A DNA stretch of 64,000 nt from Mobula hypostoma (taxonomy: Eukaryota): NCBI RefSeq assembly GCF_963921235.1, contig NC_086097.1, positions 239,446,001 through 239,510,000 of the forward strand, given 5' to 3'. The notes under the pieces were generated by a model. It had not been told where the DNA came from, made no database searches, and was given only the letters and a program-made list of their open reading frames with translations. This document shows, in pieces, positions 11,556 to 21,819 of the stretch. The first letter of the stretch is position 1, and every line of letters starts with the position of its first letter. The translations under genes and the position numbers were made by a program.

Positions 11556-12476
11556 AAGCTAAAAGCAATAAGACTGTAATGCTGAGGCTTTATAAGGCAT
11601 AGGTCAGACTGCATTTGGATCATTGTGAGCAGTTTATGACCCCTTGTCTAAGAAGTGTTGGCACGTGGCCAAGTGGTTAAGGCGTTTGTCTAGTGATTTG
11701 AAGGTTGCTAGTTTCAGCCTTGGCTCAGGCAGCGTGTGTGTCCTTGAGCAAGGCACTTTACCACACATTGCTCTGCGACGACACCGGTGCCAAGCTGTAT
11801 GGGTCCTAATGCCCTTCCGTTGGACAACATCGGTTGCGTGGAGAGGGGAGACTTGCAGCATGGGCAACTGCTGGTCTTCCATACAACCTTGCCCAGGCCT
11901 GCGCCCTGGAAACCTTCCAAGGTGCAAATCCATGGTCTCACGTGACTAACGGATGCCTATATCTAAGAAAAGATGGACTGACATAGAAGAGAGTCTACAG
12001 GAGATTTACAGAAATGATCCCTGGAATTAAAGGGTTAACACATAGAAGCATTTGATGGCTCTGGGTCTGTACTCACTGAAGTTCAGAATAATAAGGGGGG
12101 TATCTCCTTGAAAGCTACAGAATATTGAAAGGCTTGGATAAAGTGGACATACAGAGGATGTTTTCCATAGTGAGTAAGCCTAGGACCAGAAGGCACAGCC
12201 TCAGAGTGAAAGAACACCCCTTTAGAAGAGAAATGAGGAGGAGTTTCTTTAGGTGGCAAACCTGTGGAAATTATTGCCACAAATGGCTATGGAGGTCAAA
12301 TCATTGGGTATATTTAAAGCAGAGTTTGAGAGGCAACTGCTTAGTAAGGACATCAAAGGTTACAGGGAGAAGACAGGAGAATGGGGTTGAGAAGGGTAAT
12401 ATATCAATGATGATAGATTGGTAGAACACCATCAATGGGCTGAATGGGATAATTCTGTCCCTATGTCTTATGGTCT
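11556..12476 (+). mobile_element. CR1 LINE 3' fragment interrupted by a SINE
   Basis: CR1 C-terminal coding on both sides of 11655-11961; tatgtcttatggtct tail. Confidence 0.85.
11655..11961 (+). mobile_element. tRNA-derived SINE, full length
   Basis: A-box TGGCCAAGTGG, B-box-like AGTTTCAGCC, body gtgtccttgagcaaggcactt; TSD TCTAAGAA at 11647-11654 and 11962-11969; second copy at 57471-57740 and a fragment at 50756-50820. Confidence 0.9.
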
Positions 12477-13079
12477 TGCCACTCAGGGCAATGTGTTTTG
12501 AAGGAATAGTCTGTATCTGATTTACATTGCTACATGCCCTGCTTGTCTAATTACCTCTTAAATGTTGCAGTTGTACCCATTCCCACATCCACTCTGGCAG
12601 AATTTTCCTCACACCTGCCTATCTTTGTAAAAAAGCTTGCCTTGGAGATCTTTCCACTCCTCCCACCTCCCCGCTCATTTTAAGTGTCTGCCCTCTGATA
12701 CTTGTCACTTGCTCCCTGGGAAAAATACTACCTGCCTTATATATGTGTCTCAGCATTTTATAGCCTCGATGGTGCGTTTACAGCCGCCTTTCACCTGGCT
12801 TCTTCTTCAATCTCACCCAACCGCATTCTTTGACATTCCATTGGTTTCATTCTCTCTGCCCTTGCCACTGTCTCTGCATCTTAAAATATTTTATCTCTTG
12901 CTCTCCCGAAGACTGAAGGAAATCCGAAACGTAAGCCATTTCTCTCTAAAAAGGTGCTGCCTGATGTGAGAGTAATTCCTGTTTCATCAGAGATTTTATC
13001 AGAGCTTATTATAAATTCACGTGTTGCTAAAGAAAAGTTTGATATAAGAAAATTGGTTTCACATAGTGATTCACGTAAC

Positions 13080-13992
13080 AGCAAAATGCTGGAGGAACTC
13101 AGTAGGTCAGGCAGCATTTTTGGAGAGGAATAAACAGTTGCCGCTTCAGACTGAGACCTTTCATCAGGGCATGAAACACCAACTGTTTATTCATCTCCAT
13201 AGATGAATGAGGAGAAGATGGCGGCAAGATGCAGTGCGCGCGGCCTCTCCGGTGAATGATATCTGTAATCTGTCAAGTAGGGGACCGTGCACAATTCTGA
13301 TTTGATGGAGACAGACGTGAGAGTACAGAGGAACATCTGGAGAAACTTTTGAAATGCCCGCTTTGCTGCCGCTGCTACTGTGTGGTAACCGGAATCTCCG
13401 GAGCAGAAAGCCCCAAATCCTCGGCTTTGCTTGGTTCAGCGGCCCGGGCTAGGTCAAAGGTGCTCGGCAGAGGATAGCGCTTGGGAAGCTGTATTGGAGG
13501 GGCTGGTCGGAGGCTCGACTTTTTTGGATGGACTGACTCGGTGTCGGTTGTGGCCGGCTGCTTCCAAGGCATCGGCAGTTGTCGGTGCCTTGGAGGTTTA
13601 TGGCAGGGAGTTTCTCCCTTTTGCCACCTGCTATCGGGGACTCGGGGGTCGATTGAATCGGGACTTTGAGACTTTTTTTTTACTGTGCCCATTGTCTGTT
13701 CTTTATCAAATTATGGTATTGCTTTGCACTGCTGTAACTATATGTTATAATTTATGTGGTTCTGTCAGTGTTAGTCTTCGGTTTGTCCTGTTTTCTGTGA
13801 TATCACTCCGGAGGAACATTGTATCATTTCTTAATGCATGTATGCATTTCTAAATGACAATAAAAGAGGACTGAGTGTTCTCATAATCTAAATCTAAATC
13901 TAAATCTTGATACTGCCTGACCTGCTGAGTTCTCCAATGTTTTGTGTGTATTACTCTGGATTTCCAGCATCTGTCAGAATCTCTTGTGTTTA
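13080..13992. mobile_element. Penelope-like fold-back (inverted terminal repeats), split by a later insertion
   Basis: 13080-13170 is the minus-strand PLE terminal repeat with a degenerate hammerhead core; 13172-13205 plus 13908-13992 is the plus-strand copy. Confidence 0.7.
13206..13907 (+). mobile_element. CpG-rich non-autonomous retroelement (LINE 5'UTR plus 3'UTR type)
   Basis: Begins GAAGATGGCGG; ends AATAAA (13859-13864) plus (AATCTA)x4; splits the host motif ccatagatg|ctgcctgacc; no coding capacity. Confidence 0.7.
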
Positions 13993-14526
13993 CATTTATA
14001 CAGCAGTCCTTTATAAATAGAGTATTAATGATGTGAACTTGAAAGACTTCCAAATTATTTTATGGATATGAAATCAACCCATGTATATAAGCTATTCTAT
14101 GTATTGATATTTATTTTGTTCTTTACCATATTGTTTTTTTTTGTGCTGCATCAGTTCCAGAGTAACAATTATTTTGTCTCCTTTACACTTTTGTACTGTG
14201 AATGAGACTAAACAATCTTGAATCTTGAATCTTGGAATCAAAATAACTACATCTGCAATGCCAAATCACTAAACATCCCTCAATAATCAGCACAATAATT
14301 ATTAAAAGGAGTTGCTTCTCATCATTTGAGACCAAAAAGACAAGTTGTGTACATTCTCGCAGCTTTTAAATGTCTCTGCCTATCCACCCCAAACGACACC
14401 AATCTCATGATCACCAATTCCACCACACTAGTTTCACAATCTCACTGAAAAAGGTCCTAAGTATTCTACACGGAAGTAGTCTGCTACCAATAATCAACTT
14501 AAAGGCATATTTTACATTTTGTTTAA

Positions 14527-14723
14527 TCAGACTGTCCTGTGGTGTAGGGTCTTTGAAGGTGTCATTGGTTCTTCAGAATCAAATGGGCCAAAGTCACGTT
14601 TTATCTGCCCTGTGACTGGACGGTTTAGTTGCTGAAACAATGGTAAAGGTGCTATAGAATTTAATTTGGTTCTAATTCCACCCACTGGAACTTCCTGCGG
14701 CAAACTGGGTTTAAAATCGAGGG
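14527..14723 (-). CDS. Candidate terminal coding exon of an unidentified host gene
   Basis: Acceptor ttcctcaccacAG at 14725/14724; open frame LDFKPSLPQEVPVGG...TLHHRTV*; ATTAAA overlaps the stop; unique, non-repeat sequence. Confidence 0.35.
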
Positions 14724-15237
14724 CTGTGGTGAGGAACAGATTGAGTGCTTTCTTCAGGAAAGGCAGAATGGGAAGAGTTAGTCCGAGAGGTATGGACACC
14801 GGAATCATTGCAAAGTCACCACCCTCCCAAAACTAATGTCAAATTCAAAGTCAAAGTAAATTTATTATTACAGTGCATGTTATTCTACCATGTGTTACCC
14901 TGGGATAAAATAAAATACTGAGAACATGAGTTGTAAAGAATCCTTGAAAGTGAATCCATTGGTTATGGGATCAGTTCAGTATTGAGGTGACTGAAGTTAT
15001 CCACGCTGATTCAGGAACCTGATGGTTAGAGGGTAATAGCTGTTCCTGAACCTGACTGATGGTGTGGGATCGAAGATTCCTGTATCTCCTTTCTGATGGT
15101 AGTAGCAAGAAGAGAAGATGAGTAGCCAGAAACTCGAGTTGGGGAATGGGTAGCCTTGGGGCGGTAGGATAACCTCATGAGGGCAACGTGTTTTTGACTG
15201 CGTGAGCTCGGAAATTGGAAAGTGGATGTCAGAGGGA

Positions 15238-15239
<2 letters not shown>

Positions 15240-15284
<45 letters not shown>
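15240..15284. repeat. (TG)n microsatellite
   Basis: About 22 TG units. Confidence 0.95.
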
Positions 15285-15287
<3 letters not shown>

Positions 15288-15477
15288 TGTTTGTGTGTCG
15301 GTATGAGTGTATAAACACAGATAACAGTGTACGTCTCTAGACTCAGGACTGAGTCTGCCCTTGGCTACTGTAATTAGCTTTATTTGTCACAGACACATCG
15401 AAACATCAAAACAGACAGCAAAATGTGTCACAAACAAGGGAAAATTTACAGATGCTGTCACTTGCTTTGGTGGTGTG

Positions 15478-15720
15478 CTGGGACAGCATATAAGGGTCAC
15501 CACACTTCTGGAGCCAACATAGCATGCCCACAACTTACTAACACTAACCCGTATGTCATTAGAATGTGGGAGGAAGCTGGAGTACCCAAGGGAAACCCAC
15601 TCGATCATGCAGAGAATGTACAAACTCCTTACAGAAAGTGGCCAGATTCGAACCCAGATTGCTGTTCGTTGGTGCTGTACAATGATTGCTCGAACTGCTA
15701 TGTTACCATACTGCCCCACC
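15478..15720 (-). mobile_element. HE1-like V-SINE
   Basis: V-domain (ggagtttgtacattctc...gtgggtttccc...ccagcttcctcccaca) preceded by a tRNA-like head with GGTTCGAAT B-box. Confidence 0.8.
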
Positions 15721-16058
15721 AAAGCGTGTCTCAGTGTTCAGAAAACTAGGTGAGCACGGTGAGACACAGCAGCCTGCTACCCACAACCCCCACCCCCCGC
15801 CACCCCATCTCCCTGTGGCCCAAATCAGGAAACACTCCAGAGATGGTCAGTTCCACTTTATTTATAAATCACAGTGAACCATTGGAACAATATTGTGGGT
15901 GACGTTTTCTGTGACCGCTCTCTCCGTCTGTGCTCAGAGTCTGGTCTTCAATGATCTCCAGCCCTGTCCCTCAACCAGCAGCCAGACAGAACCACAACAC
16001 CCATCGATGGAGTGAGCCCTCCCCCATCCTGTCCCACAGTGCTAACGGTGACAACCAT

Positions 16059-16163
16059 TGATTGGTTGAGAGCTGATGCCATTCCTTTAAGGTAGCTGTG
16101 ATGATTGGACTGAATGTCCAGAGCCAGCTCTGATTGGCTAAAACATCAGCTCCTAGTGATTGG
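16059..16163. promoter_or_regulatory. Cluster of four CCAAT (NF-Y-type) boxes
   Basis: TGATTGG (CCAATCA on minus) at 16059, 16102, 16131 and 16157, all co-oriented. Confidence 0.4.
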
Positions 16164-18170
16164 TGTGTGAGATGGTGGAAGCATCAGCATTGTTTTGGGG
16201 AAAAGGTTTTCAGCTGTGACCTCCATGTGAAGCTGTGTTTTGGATACTTTTCCTTTAGAGGCCACATACTGGTGCTTTTACCCTCCTCCCCAGCTCCTGT
16301 GCAGGGAGATGTCTGAGCACACACCAGACTCAGCTTGTTGACACCCAAAGACAACCCAGAAAAAGGAATGAAAGAGACCCATCACTCTCCACAAAACCCA
16401 AGGGGACAACCAGGCGGGTGGAAGATGCCGTGTCACCTCATGAATGAAGAGGAGCTTACAAGGGACCAGTGAAGAAAGGACCAGCTTGCAAGGGAGCTGA
16501 TCTTCACCCCAGGCATTCTCCACACAACTGGTGGCTAAGCAAGCAGCTCAGAGAGGAGGGGCCTGGCTGGGAAGAGAGGCTTAAAGTGCTCTGGACAGAC
16601 ATGACTGAAGTGAACATTCCCCACTTCCTTTGGGTGAACTGACAGGGAGGGAAGGTTAAAAGGGAATCCCAAGGAAAGGGATGAGAGTGGCTACCCAGCT
16701 CTGAGCTCATAATAACAGGGACTGAAGGAGTTTAACCCTTACCGTGAACCCCTGGGACTTGGGGTAGGTGCCACTGAGCCCATATATCCTGTGTGGGGTG
16801 CAGTCCAAGAGGGTGGTTCTGCCAAATACATTGGCAGCAACCAGAGACCAGAGGCTGGTCCTGAGAGCATGATCTGAGCCCCGGGTGAAGGACACACCAA
16901 CAGTAGCTGTAGGAGCTTGGGGGAACCAGCCCGGTTCTGGTACTGGTGGGCAGAGACTCCTCAGAGTCAACTGGTGCCTGACAAGGACCTTTCCTCTGTT
17001 CTGGGAAGTCTTAGCACCAGAGTTTACCAGGGTTTACCTGATGGTGTGGCCTGGAAGAGCAATGACTGGTTGGTGAGTGGCCTTAACCTGCCCTTCCCAC
17101 TCTTCACCATTAGGTGGAACAGCTGGAGGATCCTCTGAGACTCTGTTTACCTCAGTGCTGGTGAGGAGCCCCCAGCCGCCATTGGCCGTACTGACCACAT
17201 GGACTGGGCCCCCTCCACTGCTAGTGCAGCAGCTCCGAGCCACCCCGAACTGAGTCTGGAGCTGGAGCAGGGTTGGTTCCTGTTGCTGATGACTGAACAT
17301 GAAGGTCCAACCCGGGGGAGAACTCAGTGTCAAATTTCACCAAGAAACAATCAGACCAAGCAATTTCAGGCAGAACTAGTCAGAAAGACAAACACCCATT
17401 GACAGACAGAATTGGCAACTTTCAAAATTAGAAATTGATCAATCAAAATCAATGAGAAAACAAACTTAGAGGTGGAAAGGTGGACCCTCAGACCCTGGGA
17501 CGGATGGGATGGAAATGGTCCTGAGGTGAGAGAGGTGGTTTCACACTGACTCCACAACACATTTGACCTATTGAGGGGAATGGCTGTGGCCGTTAAGTTA
17601 GCACCGAGAGGTGGATGGGACACAAAGGTTCTGACCTGAGGATCATCAGTTCGATTGCAGTCAGGATCTGCTGTCTCAGGTTTGTATTGAGGACTGGTCA
17701 CCCATGGTTTCATCACTGGCTCATGCAGTGAAAATGTCCATTTCGCTGTACTCACCCAGATGCCGACTTCCAGAAGTGTTGTCCCTCTGGAAGAAAGAGA
17801 AAGTAAATTCATCAGCTTACAACTAGACAATGACAGGACCGTTTACACTGAGAGTCACAGAATAACACAGCATGAAAACCTGTCCAGAGATTTCTCACTA
17901 CCCTGTCTCCCTGTGCCACCAGTTTTAGAGAACTCCGTACTTGTACCCCTCGGTCTCTCTGTTCTACAGCTCTCGCTGGGTCCTGTCATTCACTCAGTAT
18001 GTTCTGCTCTGGTGTAACTTGCTGAAATCTACCATGTCGTACTTGTCGCAGTTAAGTTCCACCTGAAATTCCCTGTCCCACATTCCCAGCTGGTCTCCAG
18101 CCCATTGTAACCTTAGACAACCCTCAGTTTTGCCACACACCAATCTCGATGTCATTCACAAGGTAATTAT

Positions 18171-19711
18171 CGTCATCGTTGTCTGAACCCTTAGTGCCTA
18201 GGTGGCACATGGGGCCTCCACAAGGGTCTTCCATTTTCGCCGGTCTTTCGCTCTGCTGCTGGCCATTACCCAGTTCATGCCTACTTCTTTCAGTTCTACT
18301 TCCACAGATCTTCGCCACGTCATTTTAGGCCTGCCCCTAGTTAGCTTGCCCTGCGGGGTCCACCTTAGTGCTACTTTTGCTAGTTGATCATTTGGCATTC
18401 TCATTACATGGCCCAGCCATCTCCATCGTCTTCTTTTCACACAAACTGAGATTGATTCCATATTGCAAGATGTAAGCAAGTCTTGGTTTCTGATTTTCTC
18501 AGGCCAGAAGATCTTCTTGATATGTCGTAGACATTTTGTCTGGAACCTGTCAAGTTTCTTGCAAATGTCTTTTGTCATCTTCCAACATTCACTTCCATAA
18601 AGTAGCACGCTTAGGACATTGCTTTTAAAAATTCTGATTTTGGTGTTAAGTTTGAGTTGTGTGGGTTTCCAAACTGCATTGAGGCTGCCAAAAGCTTGAT
18701 TTGTTTGAGATAGTCTTGCTAATACGTCCTTACCACTATCTCCATCAGTGCTGACTTTACTCCCAAGGTATGTGAACTCATCTACCTCCTCCACTTGCTG
18801 ATTATTGATGATTACTGGTTGGAGGTTGGAAGCGTTCATCTTCATGATCTTTGTTTTTCTCACTTGAATGTTCATCCCAAGTTGCGATGCATATAACGTA
18901 AGTCTGTCTGATTTCTCCTGAATGTCACAATGATGACTCGCTAGCAGACTGATAGCATCAGCAAAAACTAGGTCTTCAAGTGTTGAGGTAAGTGTCCATT
19001 GAATACCCCGTTTCTTTTCTGTGATTGTTTCCCTCATAAGCCAATGCATTGCTAAAATGAAGAGAAAAGGTGATTGTATACATCCCTGTTTAACTCCTGT
19101 GCATACCCTGAAGCTTTCTATCAGTTACTTTCCACAAATCACCTTGCACTGAAAGTCACTGTACATCATTTGGATACTGTTTACAATTTTTTGGGGAAAT
19201 CTGTATCTTCTTAAAATTTTCCAGGGTGTTTCTCGGTGGATACTGTCAAATGCTTTTTCGAACAAATAGTAGATAAAGATTACTGTTCCACTCTGCAGAT
19301 TGTTTGAGAATTTGTCTTAGTACGAATATATGGTCTATGCAAGATCGGCCTTTTCTAAAGCCAGCTTGTTCTTTCCGGATGATATCTTCCACAACCTCTG
19401 AGAGCCAATTTAACAAGATGTGACTGAAAACTTTGCTTGTGATTGAGAGGAGTGTAACACCTTTCCAGTTGTCGCATATACTTAAATCTCCTTTCTTTGG
19501 CAGTTTTACAATAAGTCCAGTTTTCCACTCCTTGGGCATTTCTTCCCTTTTCTAGATGGTGTTAAAGATCTGACACCGCGCACAGCACGTTTCTCTGCCA
19601 CCTCCCTTGAGCATTTCTGCACTTATCTCACCTTTCCGGGTGCCTTTCCTGATTTCATTTTCTTGATGGCTTGCTGGACTTCTTCAGCTGTAGGTGGTTC
19701 CGTGGAGCTAT
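18171..19711 (-). mobile_element. RTE-clade LINE, 5'-truncated, with TSD
   Basis: ORFs 19246-19539 (KLPKKGDLS.CDNWKGVTLLS, EQAGFRKGRSC.DHIF) and 18198-19049 (FADA, FTYLGS, RRWRWLGH, RGRPK.TW); 12-bp TSD CAAGGTAATTAT at 18159-18170 and 19712-19723. Confidence 0.95.
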
Positions 19712-19924
19712 CAAGGTAATTATACCACCTACATTTCCCTCCAATCCACTAATACATGTGACAAACAGCAGATTACCTCAAGATAACAATGAGATCATTT
19801 ACACTTCTGGATTCAGACTGATGGTGTAACCCTGTGTGAGTATTAAAGGTGGCAGGTTCCTGGTCTGCAGTTCGATATTGGGCACTGTTTCTAGACAGAC
19901 CTGAGGGAGAGGAGTGCAAACTGA

Positions 19925-20130
19925 GAGGTGATGGGTGAGACCAGATGAGAGAGAAGGTGGGTGGACAGGGGTGGTGGTTTGTAGTAAGAAGCTGGGAAGT
20001 GATAGGTGTACAAGATAAAGGACTGCAGAAGAAGGAATCTGATAGGAGTGGAGCGTGTGTCATGGGAAGGAGGAGGGGCACCAGAGAAAAGTGATAGGTA
20101 AGGAAAAAAGAAGGGGGATGAGGGGACATG
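19925..20130 (-). mobile_element. Penelope-like 3' UTR remnant
   Basis: Purine-rich gaagctgggaagtgataggtg...gaatctgatagg block of PLE-3'UTR type. Confidence 0.5.
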
Positions 20131-21819
20131 GGCTTGTATTGTACACTGGTTGCTCATGGATTAATCACTGCTTCATGTGGTGAAAACCTCCGTTTCCCTG
20201 CACTCACCCAGGTGCCACAGTTTCTGAAAGTCTTGTCTCTCCGGAAGATAGAGAAAGTATATATTTACCGGCTTACAACTAGATAATGATATGTCTGTTT
20301 GCAGTTAGAGTCACAGATTTGCACTGCATGATAACCCACCACACCTTCTTCACTACCCTGTCTACCTGACTTATAGGGAACTCTGTACTTGTATTCCTCA
20401 GTCTTTCTGCTCTGCAGCTCTTGCTGGGCCCTGTGAATCACTCCATGTTCTGCTCTGGTTTAACTTCCTGAAATCCATCATGTTGCCTTTGTCCTAGTTA
20501 GATTCCACCTGTCATTCCCTGGCCTACATTCCCAGCTGGTCTCCATCCCATTGTAACCTTAACCCTCACTTTCACCGCACACCAGTTTAGGTGTCATCTA
20601 CAATCTCCTTAATTAGGCTGCCTACTTTCTCCTCCAAATCATTAGCACATGTAACAAGCAGTAGATTACAACAAGTCAAATACAAGATTATTTATACTGA
20701 ATGTAACAGGTTCCTCTTTCTCTATTTAGACAATGGACAACATCTGACGTAACTGAAGAACCTTTTTTGACATCACCCCAGCAGTGAGCAGCTCATAGCA
20801 GAGCCCCAGGATTAACAGGACAGGAAGCTTCTCCTACCTCTCACTGTTAATTAACCATACTTACCCTGAGCAAACCCCCAAATCCTAACAACTAATTTAT
20901 CATCTCTCCCAAAGAAAATCACTGTAATCATTATCCCCTCAAAGAAATGGAAGAAATCAGTATGTTGTGTCATGGTTGCTAGAGCTCTCTTGACAAAGGT
21001 CTTCACCCTATGCAAATTTCTTCCCTTCCCTTCAGAAATCCCCATTCACCACGTGTCTCTATTCACAGTTTCAATGTGAAAGACTTAGCTCAGGAAAGTC
21101 GGTCAAATCTGTGATGAATTTCCACCAAAGACCAGGATTCTGACTCTCAGGAAAAAGCCTTTTGTTTCTTCATGGTGCTGTTACAATCTGGACATCACCA
21201 TCTGAGCGAGGATCAGATAAATTTGAAGCTCAGAAGAAGACACTTGAAAACTTTGTGTCTTTACCAACCTCCAGATCAGCAAACCATCCTGCAGCCCAGC
21301 TGAGGGCTATTGTTCAGTCTCTAGTCTTCTCCTTCTTTTCATGGCGATTGGCAGTCCAATTTAAGGTGCATTATCACCACTAACTGGACTGGAGTGCGGT
21401 GGAGAGATGGGAAATAAAAACCCATACCACTTCTTTATCAAATGGAAATTTACCCCCAAAAGCCCTATAGATTGTCAATAATGAAAGACAATATTGTAAA
21501 ATTAAATTTGTCACTTCCATAACTTAGTAAAGTTCTTAAAATGAAAACCATCAATCCCCAAAGATAACAGTGCGGCCTGCATTTGCTTTCTTTCAGCCTT
21601 GTTTGCTTCACATTGTAAAAAATGTGTTCATCTCTTTTATAATGATGATAAAACCTACACACCCCAGAATGATGTTTTCCAACAAGGTATAAGGAATAAT
21701 TAAGCACAGTATGCCCAACTCTAAGTCAAGTCAATATAATTTCTTCCCTTCTTATTTTACTTCTCCCATCAACCCAACAGTTTTATATATTCTATCAAGG
21801 CGTCTCACCTTATGCCTAT

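Larger units (their letters stand above)
15857..20240 (-). pseudogene. Compact multi-exon gene remnant (pseudogene or lncRNA), product unknown
   Basis: Exon-like segments 20208-20240, 19777-19900, 17756-17786, 17151-17311, 17038-17050, 16743-16788 and from 16638 down; donors GTGAGT/GTAATC/GTAAAC/GTAAGG, pyrimidine-rich acceptors (two are CGG rather than CAG); AATAAA at 15862-15857. Confidence 0.45.

Noticed and set aside
11655..11730. tRNA gene
   Set aside because: tRNA-like head continues into a SINE body with TSDs and has paralogues in the window
16309..17402. Plus-strand long reading frame after the CCAAT cluster
   Set aside because: Several in-frame stops, no recognisable domain, and splice signals are more coherent on the minus strand
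20208..20240. FQKLW resembling the p53-family FxxLW transactivation motif
   Set aside because: Five-residue match only, not kept in the duplicate exon, and no p53 DNA-binding exons nearby
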